Shown here: piece by piece, positions 11,928 through 25,628 of the stretch
How the letters are laid out: every line of letters starts with the position of its first letter
Numbering within the stretch: the stretch's first letter is position 1
NCBI GenBank assembly: GCA_964247055.1
Contig: OZ176053.1
Location: 2,914,001-2,978,000 of the forward strand
Origin: Paragordius varius
Taxonomy: Eukaryota > Animalia > Nematomorpha
Length of the DNA: 64,000 nucleotides
Direction of reading: 5' to 3'
Made by a program: the position numbers and the translations under genes
Notes under the pieces: generated by a model
What the model saw: the letters and a program-made list of their open reading frames with translations, nothing else
Told to the model about the DNA's origin: nothing
Database searches by the model: none

Positions 11928-14900
11928 ATGGGTAAAAAGCGAAAAAATTTATCTCAAAAACTTGTTAATCAGGAGAAAAGAATTGAGAAGGCGATTGATA
12001 AAGACCGTAAAAAGGCAAAAGAAGTATTAATTTTTACTAAAATAGGAAAAAATATCCGATATTTTAACTGACCTATGGCAAAACAAAAATGATAAAATTA
12101 CCAAAACATATCCATCTCCTCGAAGCGGGGCTACTCTTGTTTCTCATCCCACCAAAGATATACTTTACCTGTTTGGTGGTGAATATGATAATGGAAAAGA
12201 AGTTAATTATGCTTTTATTATAGATTGTTTTTTATGACGAACTATTTACCTACGATATAATAAAAGATGAATGGACATGTATGCGACATAAAATATCTCC
12301 AGGTGCTAGATCATCGCATCAAGTATTAATTAATTTAATATATCATAGATGGTAGCTTTTTCACATCAAGGAGGACAATTATGGTTATTTGGTGGAGAAT
12401 ACATAAGTAAGAGCCATTTACAAATACATCATTATAATGATCTTTGGTTGTATGATATTACTCGAAATGTATGGGAAAATATAAAGTATTCTTTCTATGC
12501 TAAATATATGCATGCAGATTAAATTCTGGTCCTTCACCTCGTAGCGGTCATAGAATGGTTGCACTCGATAAATTTATTGTGCTATTTGGTGGTTTTTTCA
12601 ATGACAACAAGTGTATTTTTAATCATTTTAATTTATTTTTTATTGCAACCTAATAAATATTTTTTTGGCATTTTAGGGCTTTTAATATATATAAAAATAT
12701 ATGGCATCTCTATTATTATATCCATTCCATTATAACAATATGACAATAAAATAGCTTTTAGAAATAAATCAAATTTCGCTTATCAATATACGACGAATAG
12801 TAAATTTAGGGACGAAATTTATACATTAATCACGCCGCGTTATAGGATTCATTTAAATAATTGTGGCCTAATATTTTTTTATCGGTGTTTAAATTGTCCT
12901 TAGATCTACTATAAATGGAATTTATATATGTTTATAAGCATTGTTATATTTTAGACGTTGCGAATATTTCAACGACTTATACGTATTTGATATCGAGAAT
13001 CGGATTTGGAACAAAATTGAAGGATTGAATCAAAAAGGAATTCGCCCACCACCCAGATCTGCATTCCATATGCTTGCATACACGGATAGCAATAATTCGA
13101 AGCCTAATGAAAAGTCCGAAAACGGTAATAAATAATAGAAAAACAATTTAAAATTATAAAAAATTGAAGATAATTTTTTGTTGTTAGAAACATGCAAATT
13201 CTTTTTTATATAAAATATTATTGTTATATTAATTTTAATGTTTTCTATATTAGAGAATGACTTTTCATTATCTCTTTTTTATATTGTTAAAAATTTGAAA
13301 CAAATTGTATTATCGTGATTGACATAAGCATATATAAAAAAGAAATTTTGTGGTGTCCCCTTTCCTTACTTGTGTTAAAAATATATTTAATTGATATTTT
13401 TTAATTAATTTTATAATCATTTTAACTCAATTTTTTATATACATATTAATTATCAAATTTCACATCTAAGGTATTCTTATATTTTGGGGATATGCCATAA
13501 CAAACGAAACTAGCGGCAAATCCAACATTAAAGATCTCAGCAATACAAAATCAAAGGCGCAAAAAGTCGCATCAAATTCCAATGGTGTTGGCAAAAATTA
13601 CATGGATATGTACAAGCTCATACCTGATACCACATGTAAGGATATATTTATTTTTTGTTTAATTATGCAATAAATTATGTTGTTGTTTTTTTGTGAAAAA
13701 ATAATAAATTTAGACAATTATAAGAATGTAATGCATTTTTTCCCTATTATTTTTTACTTTGGGGGATGATATTCTGGAACCGGAATCGAAACATTTGCAT
13801 CTTTCGGACTTTTTGTTTTGCCATATTTCTAATTATTAAAACCTATTTTAAAGCGTCTTTTTTAAAAAAATTATGCAAATATTATTCCAACCAACTTTTA
13901 TTGCCATCTCTCCGCTGTGTTGACCGGGATATGAAAATTTGCTTGGGCAAAGGCCAGTTTTTCTGAAATTTTTAAAATTATTACGCAAAGGCATGTGTTA
14001 CGTAAAAAATCACCTCAATAAACCATGAAACATGTATATCCCGAATAATACGATTACTTCATTGCAAGAAAACTCCTAATCTTTACCCAATTCATACAAT
14101 TGTTGATGGCTATTTTTACTATAACTGAACTGCATTGTTTTTTAACAAACAATTAGCTTTCGATGTTATTTATCGCAGCCTAAAAATTATCTATTGACAA
14201 ATGTCTCCTTTTAAATTTGCATATAACAATCCTCCGAAATCGAATCTACTTGGTTATTATAAATATTGATGTTATGGAAAAAAATGAAATATTTTTTATA
14301 GTAAATTCACGTAATATGATCTATATATAATTTTTTACAATAGTTCAAAATTGGCGCTGGCATCCCCTCAAACAAAAAATGGGTGCAACCATGACAATCG
14401 AACAATCTTCAACTCTATACAGGTGTGGAGCTAGTTCATTGTGTTACGGTTCTGGTCGAATATTACTTTTTGGTGGGGTTTATGATCAACATGAGACTGA
14501 CGATAGGATAAGTAAGTAAGGTTTTTATATTTTTATTTGGTTTTACTTAATATATTTTAAAATAGATACAAAAAATCAATTAAAATACGAAATTTTTATC
14601 TTGAAGTTAGAATAAAATTTTAGGGAATTAAAGTTAATTTTAACAGCCATTTTTTGTAGGGTCATATTATTATCATTATTATTATTATAATGTTTCATAT
14701 ATTAATATTTTGTTTATTTTTAAAACGTTTCTGCAAACTTTCTGGCTAGTTTATTTATTACTAGCACAAATCTCATGCAGCTACACAGCCCGAGGAAGTC
14801 CTTCTGACTTATGGGGGGAGGGGGGGAGCTATTTTAAAAAAGGGATCAATAAAATGATCCATATATGTGGATTATTTCGAATCATTATTTAATAGCTATG

Positions 14901-17900
14901 ATCTCATAGGATTTTCTAAAAGTTGCATTCAATATCTTTTTTACTGGTGTAAAAGCCCCAAATTGACAGCTAACGGAAAAAACCGCTATACTATAATTTT
15001 TACCTTTTTATGGGTAGTATTTAAAGCCTTAATTGAACTTGTGTGACTTCTTAAGTTTTTTGAAAATTATCTCCAAAGCCACGCCATTTTATGTCGTCTC
15101 AGTTTTAACCGGTAGACCCCTACCAATAGGCCTATATGGAAAAAGCGCTAAGTTAAATTTTTTGTCTTTATAGGGAATTCGAAAAACTACCTTAACACTA
15201 AATAATTGTTATATGATGGCGTATTTTTAGGGCATAAGGCCCCAAATAAACGGCTAATAAAAAAAGGCCTGACCTTAATTTTTACCTAGTTACGGGTAAT
15301 ATTTCGAACCTTAAATGAGCTCATATCGCATAAGTTTTCTTTAAAATAGTTCCAAAACAACGTAATTTCTATATAGTGGCACAAAACAAAAAAAAGCGCT
15401 TGATTAAAATTTTTGGCTTTTTACGGATGCTCTCATTAGTTTTTTGAAAAAATTGCTTCAAAATTAAAAAATCATTCTATGGTGGCGTATTTTTCAGGGC
15501 ATAAAGGGCCTAATTAACGGCTAGTTTTAAAACCGCACGGTATAAATGTTTGCCTTGTTACGGGTAAAATTTTCAGCAGCTATTGAACTCATATAGCCTG
15601 ATTGGTTTTCTGAAACTTAGCCCCAAAGGCACGCCATTTCGATATGACGGGTCAGTTTTTAGCGGGTACTCCTTACCCAGCAGCTATCATCAAAGAAACG
15701 GTTGACTAAAATTTTTGCCTTTTATCAGGAATACCTGGAATCGTTATTGATTTTTACCGTCTCATACTTTGGGCGGAAAATAGAATTAAAAAATTATTTT
15801 TGTGGACTTAATTTTTTGAGAAAATGGCATTTTACGGGGGGAGCGGGTAAAAAGAGGGCCTAAATTAAAAAAGCAAGCCGACTATGTTCGGCGCAATCGA
15901 AAAAAAGTAAAAAATTATATTGGAAATAGAATGGTCCAACACGTTTTCCGGAAAATTGTCTCAAAGACACGATTTTTGTGGACTTGTGTTTTCAAAAAAA
16001 CCGTTTTTTACACGTGGTGGGCCCGAACTGGGGGCTTAATTCAAAAAAAGGACGAAGCTATTGTCGGGGCATTCATTAATGATTATATTTTTCGATGTTT
16101 GGATTTAAATGGGTCTACCGGTTTCCCGGAAACAGATCACAAAGCCACCACTTTCCATTTTATTAAATATATAAATTATTGGTTAATTAAATTTACCACA
16201 TATATTATGGACTCTTAGGGTTTAAATTATATAATTGTTAATCAATGCTATGCTAAATTTTAATTTTTAGAGCATATTAAAACAATAATTACAACCATAT
16301 TAATTTTAAAAAAATGATATACATATCTTGATAGATAGTCAATTTTTCAACGATATGTTTCAATTCGATATTGGGACAGGGGTATGGGTCCCATTTCCAA
16401 TCCTTAAACAGCATCGGAATGATCCACAAACTTGTGCAGATGAACAATCTACAATCATTGACAATGAAATGTCGGATTCAATAAAACGCTCTAAAATTTG
16501 TAATGGCTCATCAACAAATAGTGCAATATGTTCCCCACTGTTGAGTAATGAATGGTAATTTTTTTACTCTTTTATTTGTAAATAAAACAATTATAATTTG
16601 GTTCTGATTCTTTACCGTGGAAAAAAGAAAATGTATTGATTATATACTTTATTTTTAGTTATCATTTCGGTTCTACTATCCGATTTATCACACTGTGTTT
16701 AAGGTTAAACGCTGATAACCATTTTTTTATGATTTGATTAGCTTTTCCCTGCGTCATTTAGTAACCCAATTATGTCGCAGCGCGTTTTTAAAGGAATCAA
16801 ACTATAATTTGATACTAATTGGTCTATACATTTTCGTAATATCATGATCTCATATTTATGCGTTTTTCCATTCCATAGAACTCTCTGTGACCCGGCCTTT
16901 ATACGGAGATTATATGATCTAGCTTAAAACGTTAGTTTTACAGAAGCTGGGGCTAAATACAGCAAATAAAAATCACAATGTTTGACGCATTTATATATGA
17001 AAAAATACTCATGAATATAAATTACATTTTCTCGATTATTTGAAGGCAATACATTCTGATTTATGTGGGGCCTGGGGCCTAATATAAGAGACCATTGACA
17101 AATGAATATATATGGTTTCTCTCATTTTATTATCTCTATATATTTGTACATCTTAGTTGTCAACCAGAAATAAAAGCATCAAAAAACAAAACTAGACAGC
17201 AAAATTGTGAAGGAGACGCCGAAAATAATTTATACAAAATACCACCCGAGAATTGTATTAGACCATGTCCACGCATGAAATCTGCATGCACAGCCCATTA
17301 TAAAAATGGCTCTAATCTAATGTCTGTCTTTCTTTTTGGCGGTATGTTAGAAACGTCTAAAAACGCTCCCAGAAATGATCATTGTCCATCAACTGAAGAG
17401 TCGACATCCCCCTCCTCAGAAAGCGATGATGAAAATGAAGTTTATATAATTTTTTTGTGATGTTTAGACAAAATATGATTCATAAATTGTTATGGTTTAT
17501 GTAGTAAATTGGTATAGGTTTTGAGGTTTTTATGGCTTATTCTTCATTTGTCAAAAAAATATTGTTAAAAACGGGATCTCACAAAAAATTAAATTAAAAT
17601 TATACCATTGTTAAGCACAAAATGACATAAATATTTAAGTACTACTATAATTCGTACAAAATTGCCATAATTGGTTTGAAAATATATTAAACCTTTTTTT
17701 AAATTTCTTTATATGTATGTTAATTACATATATACAAAAAATAGTTTTGTGTAGGGTTTGGGTTTTTTGACAGAAAAAACAACCGGTCTCTCCTTATAAT
17801 TATAGTTTTTAGTGGTAATATGTAGTCCTTATTATAAGAAATTATGAAATATTCCAATTAACTATACCAAATAATCGAGTTTAATTATTTCAATGCTTTA

Positions 17901-18796
17901 AAAAGTATTTATTGATAATTTTTATAATTAAACACAAATTTATATTAAATATAAGTTTTAGACCATGATTTTATATTAATTTTATTCAGTTGATAAACTA
18001 ATATGTAGCTTTTCACCGATTACTTTAAATACATTGATTGGGTAGTTTAACCATAGTTATTGTTATGAAAGTAAAAAGTATAATATGATGATACAAAGGT
18101 TCGCAAAAGTATTTGACTGGGTTCTTGATATAATATTTTCATTACCCAAATAAAATATGTTGGTATATTTCTTTTATAGAATTCATCTGATACTATTGAG
18201 AATGTTCATAAGGGCACCCAAAATATTTTAAAACAACCTGAAGATGACATAACCATTATTTTTGATGATTTTTATCGGCTAGATTTAGCATTCAACTCCA
18301 AAAGGTAGAAATTTGTCTTTTCTTTTAGCAATGAAATATTGATTTTTAAACAAAGTCAATAATATGATTTTAGTGTATTAGCAATTAATAAATACCGCTA
18401 ACAATTTTTTTAGCTATTTTAAGTATATTTTTTAATTTATTTATCAAAAGAAATGTCAAAAATAGGATAATAATTTTATTGATTATATGATAAATTTTGA
18501 TTTTCATATTTTATTCTCTAGCGGAAATGCTTTGGAATAGGTGTTTAATATAATTTATTTATACAAATAATTATGGGTTAAAATATTTTTTAATAATTAT
18601 TATAACAGTTGAAAAAATTATACAAATAATTATGTTTTTTTAATTGTATTTATTGTCCGATTATAGCAAAAAAGGTGGAATAACTGAACGACATTGGGTA
18701 CAACTTAACTCGGGATCTCATCAAAACAATATTTCAAATTATTATTCGGATTCGATAACTGAATCTAATGAAAGCAGCGACAATTCTTTGGAATAA
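11928..18796 (+). CDS. KLHDC4: Kelch domain-containing protein 4, about 613 aa, 12 exons
   Basis: Exons 11928-12023, 12046-12201, 12224-12322, 12349-12485, 12518-12610, 12955-13124, 13471-13635, 14344-14511, 16335-16554, 17157-17439, 18180-18304, 18667-18796. All introns are GT-AG and the exons sum to 1842 nt in frame. Motifs MGKK, PSPRSGATLVSHPTKDILYLFGGEY, GGQLWLFGGEY, HHYNDLW, GPSPRSGHRM, YFNDLYVFD, FGGVYD, QFFNDMFQFD, PCPR and FGGMLE match KLHDC4. Confidence 0.9.
14761..16175 (-). mobile_element. Non-autonomous Helitron, long copy with internal tandem repeats of about 270 bp, in KLHDC4 intron 8
   Basis: Shares both ends with 41944-42552. The minus-strand 3' end is CTAG followed by T, with a degenerate hairpin; the 5' TC is mutated to TT. 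Internal landmarks recur at about 266-282 bp spacing (GGCGTATTTT at 15218 and 15484; GGGTA at 15012, 15294, 15562). Confidence 0.75.
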
Positions 18797-19207
18797 ATGC
18801 AATATATACTTATTTTTCATCATCTGTTATGTCAATTTTGAATATGGTCTTGTTTTTGGCCTGTTGAAACTGTTTTATCCTAGCTTTGGGATGTGAATCT
18901 TTAATACATGAAGATATTTTATTAAATAAATTTGTCTAAATAATTAATTACATGTTCTACTATGTGTTCTGGTGAGGAATCTGAGCGATTAAGTATATTT
19001 ACATTTATGAGACAATGTTTGTCAAGCCATTTCTTAATTTTTTCGACCTTTCTATCAAACATTATCGGTTGTTACTTGTATATGAAGATCATGATCCATT
19101 ATTTTAGGCGAAAATATTATTTCTTTTACTTTGGTGGAAAAACATGCTTTTAAAATCATCACCCAGTTTTATATGTCATATGCCAAACGCTTATTTGGTT
19201 AATCACC

Positions 19208-21847
19208 ATGCTTTCTGCGTTTGATAAATTTGCCTCGATTACTTGCCGTGGTTCTGTACGTAATGTATCCTATAAAATGAAATCTAAACATTGGAATCCA
19301 AAATATAAATATGCTCGTCAGCAAAAATACAAATATATAGAATTGATTGATACAGATGTTCTTTTTGACCGTCAAAAGTTAACTACAGAAGAAATTCGCT
19401 CACAAATGAAACGAAAAGGTAATATATCGTATATGTTAAGGGGTTTTACCCTATAGACCATATATGGAAAAACCGATGCATATTAGTTCTACTGCGGGAG
19501 TGTATGAACCTTATGTTCCAATTGAGGGGGATGGTAAAAGTTTTGACCTTAAAAACAAAATTAAAGAACAATATGAGGAGATTGTTTTAAAGGGTATATG
19601 AATTTATTAAATTATAGGGAGATCTATGCTTGATGTCCAAAAACTTAAAAGAATTGAACCCAATTTTAGCCTTAAGACATTTCCCTCACTGGCTCAAGAA
19701 ATTTATATAAAGGCCCACGAGGCACTAGTTAAATACGATGAAAAAGAACTGCATGATTTGGTGACAGAAAAAGCTTATATTGATATGACTCATGGTCTAG
19801 AATATTGCACCGTAATTTTTCGTTAACATTATGTTAAATATTATAATATAAATTAATAGTTACCGTTAAAAGCTAAAAATAATGTAAGGCATCACAATGG
19901 TTTTAATGTAAAGAATTTGCAATACATTTATGCATATTTATTTCTTGCTCTAGCTCATTCCTCGTTTTTATTAGATCTTAGCCTAAGTTCAATTTAAAAA
20001 TAAAACTAGAAACAAATTGAAGGTTATTTAGGATCTCAGGTCAGGATTTGTCCTCGATATGAATAAATATTTAACAATGAAAGCTCATTGATTATGATTT
20101 CATAAATTTTTGTCTTTTTTGGGGGAAGGGGGTGGACAAGACCGGACGTAAAAATATGGATTCTTTTATTATTTTTTAAAATTAGTTTATTGGTTGATAT
20201 TTTATTCATTGCTGTATTCAGTTATTAAAACATTTTTTAATTATTAAAAATCATGGGCATAATATTATCACGGTTAGGCGTGTGGTAATTAAAAATATAC
20301 GAATTGTGTTTCTTGATATTACTTAAATCATAAATCGGTACCAAAAAGTACCCTTTACGGTGGATGCCATTCAAACAAGCATACTTTGTTCAATTTTAGC
20401 TTAAACATTTACTTGGACTTTATCGCTGTTTTTAAAGAAAGCTAAACCTATTTTTTATATTTTTTAAACACTATAAATAATTTATTTTTTTATAATCCAT
20501 TAAACAGCTGTAAATTTTTAAATCTATTTAAACTAACTTATTTTTTTCTCACCTTTTTCTTTTTCTACTACACATTTTCTTCCCGTTGGGGAGGTTGTGG
20601 AAAGGAATGCCATCCTCACATAAAAAATTTGGGAAAAATGCAAAAATTACTAGTAAATCCCATATTGTAATACGGTTTTAACAAAAGCTAGTTTTAGACA
20701 GAAACTTTTTTAGCACAATTTACACATCATAAGTAATTTTCATGAAACATTTTTGGTTATATATTTTGTTCATTTAAAATTTTTACCTCTTAACTATTTT
20801 ATATTAATCAAAGTTGATATTGTGTAACAGATTATATTCATTAGATGAAATGGGACTTCATTGAATCTTTGGAGCCGCCAAGAATCGTTCATGCCAGAGT
20901 TTTTCCTTTTTCAGATCCGAAAGCCCCTCCCGATTTTGCGCAAATAACTGTACGGTTTTTCACGAAACAACGGCTAGCCATATATGATCGGTTTGGGCGA
21001 TTGTTTTATGGTAAACTTGATCTATACACATTTTTTAAGTTTTGAATAAAGTTTTATAATTAAAACTTTTATATTTACAAATTAAATAGACGGCAAACAC
21101 ACTAATTTTGCATTACAACAGTTTGGATGAATCGCATTAAGAACAATCAGACATTTTTGATGATTTTTTAAGTCAAATCATCATACATTACTGTATTAAC
21201 TTAATTCAGTATAAAATTATACGGACAAACACGTTAATTAACTTAATTTTTGGATATTGTGTAGCTGAAGTGTTATTGTATTATTAAGCTGAATTATAAT
21301 ATCAATAACAATGCAATAAATTAATTTTATTTGAATGTTTAAAATTGTTAATTATTTATAGAAATGTGTGTGGGTAATCAATTATATAATTTAAAATTGT
21401 AATTTAATAATTTATATAGGAAAAACGTTAAAAGAGTGTGGTTGTGCAAAAAATATGTCTTCGTATATTTTTACGTTTTCTCCGTATAATTTTTAATTTT
21501 TACTGTACTTTTTCATAATGATTGTTATATGGTATCTTAAAGATTTATTAAATTTAAAGTGAAGTTTTCAATAATTTGCTCTAGGAAATTCACCATTTTC
21601 CACGGAAACTACACCCACTGACGTTTTGGAATATGTCGTGTTTGAAAATCATATAGTTGACACTTATGGTAAGTGGAGATTGCATGCAAAAATTATTCCT
21701 GATTGGATGAAAGATGATCATCCCTCCAATAAACAAAATAAATCTCAAGTCATTTCAACCTTTATTCAACAATCAGGGCCATCAGCATCACCGCACACAA
21801 ATGAACAAAATAATGATACCATTGTAAACATGTACAAACAAACTTAA
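19208..21847 (+). CDS. MRPL45: Mitochondrial large-subunit ribosomal protein mL45 (Tim44-like domain), about 328 aa, 5 exons
   Basis: Exons 19208-19418, 19441-19593, 19618-19811, 20845-21010, 21585-21847 total 987 nt in frame; introns are 22, 24, 1033 and 574 nt. Motifs KHWNPK, YEPYVPIEGDG, AQEIYIKAHEAL, LHDLVTEKAY, WDFIESLEPPRIVHAR, FAQITVRF, QRLAIYDRFGRL, DVLEYVVFE and WRLHAKIIPDW. Confidence 0.93.
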
Positions 21848-23868
21848 ATAAAATAAATAAGTTTTATATAAAGAAATGATTAAAAACTAATTTGATAAAT
21901 TTGGTCGCTTTTAAAAAAATATTTTTTTATTCTTTGGGTCATGGTTTTAGTCTGATTTTTTACCATATGTTTTACGCCTGAAACTATTTCAGAATCCTTA
22001 CAATAAGATAAAGGCTTAAATTTAGAACCCGATCTTACGTTCTAAAAAATCATTTCATTTGGTAAAAACGCGGTTTTATATTTTTCGTGAAACTTATTAA
22101 CATTTTAAGATTATTGTGGGGTTATACAGATGATAGTATTAAATTTTTTAATTAATAATATAAAGTTTTGAACGTAGCCGTTTGGGAAACTTAATTAGTT
22201 TTTTTAATAGTTTCAATTTACCGCGTTTTCTTGAACCTTTAAACTCATATATACTAAAAAAATGTTTGACTTAAAAGGCAATGATATTCGTAAGCTTCAA
22301 AAGTCTATATATTTAACACCCGTTAAAATAGGTCATATCTCTCACAATAAACCTAAAACACTATAAACTTCTGGTATTCAAAAAATCGGCCGCATAAAGT
22401 TTTTTTTTGTGTCAAGAGCAAGCCACAACCGACAAACATTGCTTATGCGGGTTTTTAAAAACTAAAATAAACCAAATATTTTGTAATAAAATTTGAAAAT
22501 TGACATATTTTAATGTAAACCAATATTTTTGGACTACAAATCTGATTATCATAACAGGCTAATCTATAACGTCCGTATTATATGTCTCTTAACACATTTT
22601 ATTTTAAAATATGGCGCCTTGATGTGAATCGAAACAAAACAATAAGGATAACTTTAACTTTGTATTTTAATTTTTAATTGGCACATCTTGCTAAAACTCA
22701 ATATATCCTTATTCTTTGCGATTTCATTCAAATAATTCTTTTAAACTGGGATCATTATAATCGATGAATTCTAATGCGTATGATCAAAACCGAAGCATAT
22801 CTTCTCAAAATTAAGTTTCTATAATTAAGGAATTACCGAATGCAACGGAATTTTTTTAAAAACTAAAAATAAATAATATCAATTGCACTCAAAAATTTTT
22901 AAAATAAAAAAAACTTTTGATTAAGGATCAGCATTTTTAGGGCCGCAGTTCGAGTATCGCTCCCATGAACTCAGTTTATATAGGATGCATTTGCTACTTA
23001 AATCGAATTGTAGCAAAACTATTCAAGTATAAACATTCATCCCCTAATAACAGCTAACAATTGTCTTAAGTTTTGAATTTAATTTAAGTTAAAAAAATTC
23101 ATCAATACTGAAAATTCAAAAATAATTACTCTGAAACTCTTTATTTTACAGTTATCGGCATGTTCATTTACCTTAAAATTATGGGTAATTATCATAATAT
23201 CCTAAAAGGTATCGATTAATACTAAAAAACCACAACAATTAATTATTTTAACCGCATCAATATGGCTCTTTTATTGAGAAACCATTATTGGTTTTTTTAG
23301 GAATACCAACCAACGTGTGTGGTTTTGACATTAAGAATATTAAAAATGTTTGTCTGCATTTTAACCTCGCTTTTTAATACAGGTTAATTGCAAATTATTA
23401 TATATATATACGTAATATATATTTATCATAAAATGAAATGCGTCTGGAGTCTAGACATAATAATTTTTATGATTATTTTTTTATATTGTTGCGCGCATGA
23501 AAGATTAGTTTATTGTTACATTCTTCTTTGTGGTTTTTTTTTCATATAGATAGCTAGTTGTTAGATAGCTTTCATGTCTAAAAAAATGAAATTATTAAAA
23601 AATAATAATTCTTTGATGGTGGCACACAGCGGCGTTTGTGTTGTTATTATCCATAACTTGCGCATTTTTCTTTTTATATATATATACAATTGATTAAAAG
23701 TATATCATATGCTTACTTTATGGTTTGTCATTAATATGATTGAAGGAAAGTTTTTTTTAGTGCGGAATGTATTAAAAACGGCTTCGTCTACCAATATAAA
23801 AATAGTTCGGCCAATGGTTTTAATTAGATGATAATATTTGTTTTATGAGAGCGTTCATTAGTTATTAA

Positions 23869-24448
23869 CACTTGGATACAACACACTCATTTTAGTCCTT
23901 CGATTCAAATTGGGGTAGTTGGATACCCCAGGCCTTTTTAAAAACAAATACTTTAAAAAGTATGGAAATATTCTAAACCATGGCAAAATTTTGCACTTAT
24001 ATAACATTTATAAACCGAAATATATAAAAAATTTTATTCAAAAATACTTGATATTACTTATTTTAAGCTAAACCCAAAGGTAAAAATTTCGTCAACGTGA
24101 CATGTGTCAAATTGTAAAATTAAAAAATAATACAAAATAAACCGCTTTTCTATTTCAATCAATGTTAGATGTAAATTATATAAAAAATTAGCTTTAGTTT
24201 TAACCTTAAAATCAAATGAAGACGATATTTTGCAAAAATTTTGTAAAATAAAAATGGCGTCGAAGTAGTTAGAGATGGAACTTTTTTTTCAAAACAATAT
24301 TTTATCAAGATATTTTGGCATATTTATATAATTTTTATCAGGATAGCAGCATAAATTTAAATTGGGACCGTTTCCTTCAGTATTTTTTTAAAAATATTAA
24401 TTTAAATTTAGTCTGGGGTATTTAGATACCCCAATTTGAATCGAAGTG
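23869..24448 (+). mobile_element. piggyBac-type MITE, intact 580-bp reference copy
   Basis: Perfect TTAA on both sides (23865-68 and 24449-52). Termini CACTTGGATAC... and ...GAATCGAAGTG. Internal inverted repeat CTTCGATTCAAATTGGGGTA. No ORF. Confidence 0.85.
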
Positions 24449-25628
24449 TTAATTTTATTTAATTTTTTTATTGCTCAAATTTTATATGTTATCTAAAATT
24501 GTAACAAAAAAATAAATCATACATGATCACATATCATTCCATATTATAACGCACATATTTCTTTTTTTTGCTACTTAACTTTAACGGAATAATATTTGTG
24601 TAAAATAAAAATTACCATTTACAATATTAGGACTAATTTTAAATTTATGAATTAGATATCTTTTTAATTAAAAACAATATTAATATTGTTTTTTGAAAAA
24701 AATTATAAATTTGTAGTTTAGATTTTTGTTCAAACAAACTTATTATTTTTTTGATAATGCATTCTTTATCATTATACCAAAATATTTTTATAACCCCATG
24801 TAAAATCAAAATTCACCTGTATTGTTTTAGCCTTTAGATGTTTCGTGTTTTTGAAGGTTAATTTCACCATTTATTCACAAGAAACTTTGCTAAAAGTGTA
24901 AAATTATCGATTTTTATGTCTGTTACTTTTACAAGGTCTCTTGAAAAATTTATGAGTAACATTGTTTAAGTCCAAAACTATTGCAAAATTTAATATTTGT
25001 AAATCAGTAAAAAAATTTCAAATTATCAATTTATTATATTTAGTAATGTAAAATGATAATAAAAGAAGGAATGGTCAAAATTGAAACAATGATAAGAGTT
25101 TTCTAGAATGGATTTTAATCATTTTATTAATCTAGGGAATAATGGTGCTCTGTTTGTTTGTTATAAAAACATATTTTTTATCATTATTATTATGGAGACA
25201 AAAATTTTTTTAAGAAATATAAAAATTTATATGGTGTATCCAAATTTTTTTGATTAATCTCCTAAAAAGTTCTAGTAATCTTGTTGCGTTATTACTATCA
25301 AAATTTAATAAATCTTTCAAATGGTCTTTGAGTGTCATTTTTTATCTGGTATTAAATTGTTTAATTTACTTAATAAATCGAAATTCCATGAGAGTTATTT
25401 CCTAAAAAATAAATTATTTTTTGTTAAAGGAAAAACAAAGATGTTTTAATGATTTTAATATTTTATCTTGTGATTTATTGGATATTGAATAATAAAAATA
25501 CATCATTCTTTTTGAATTAAAACCGTAATTTGATTTATACTTTAAGTATTTTTTGTTAGTATTTGTAAAATATTTGAAATATCGATGTATTGTTCGACCT
25601 AACCAAAAGTAATACCAACTGTCTAAAT

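Noticed and set aside
15931-16218. ORF 15931-16218, and 42332-42562 in the other copy, as Helitron-captured genes
   Set aside because: The two copies are open on opposite strands and indels between them break the frame. No recognisable domain.
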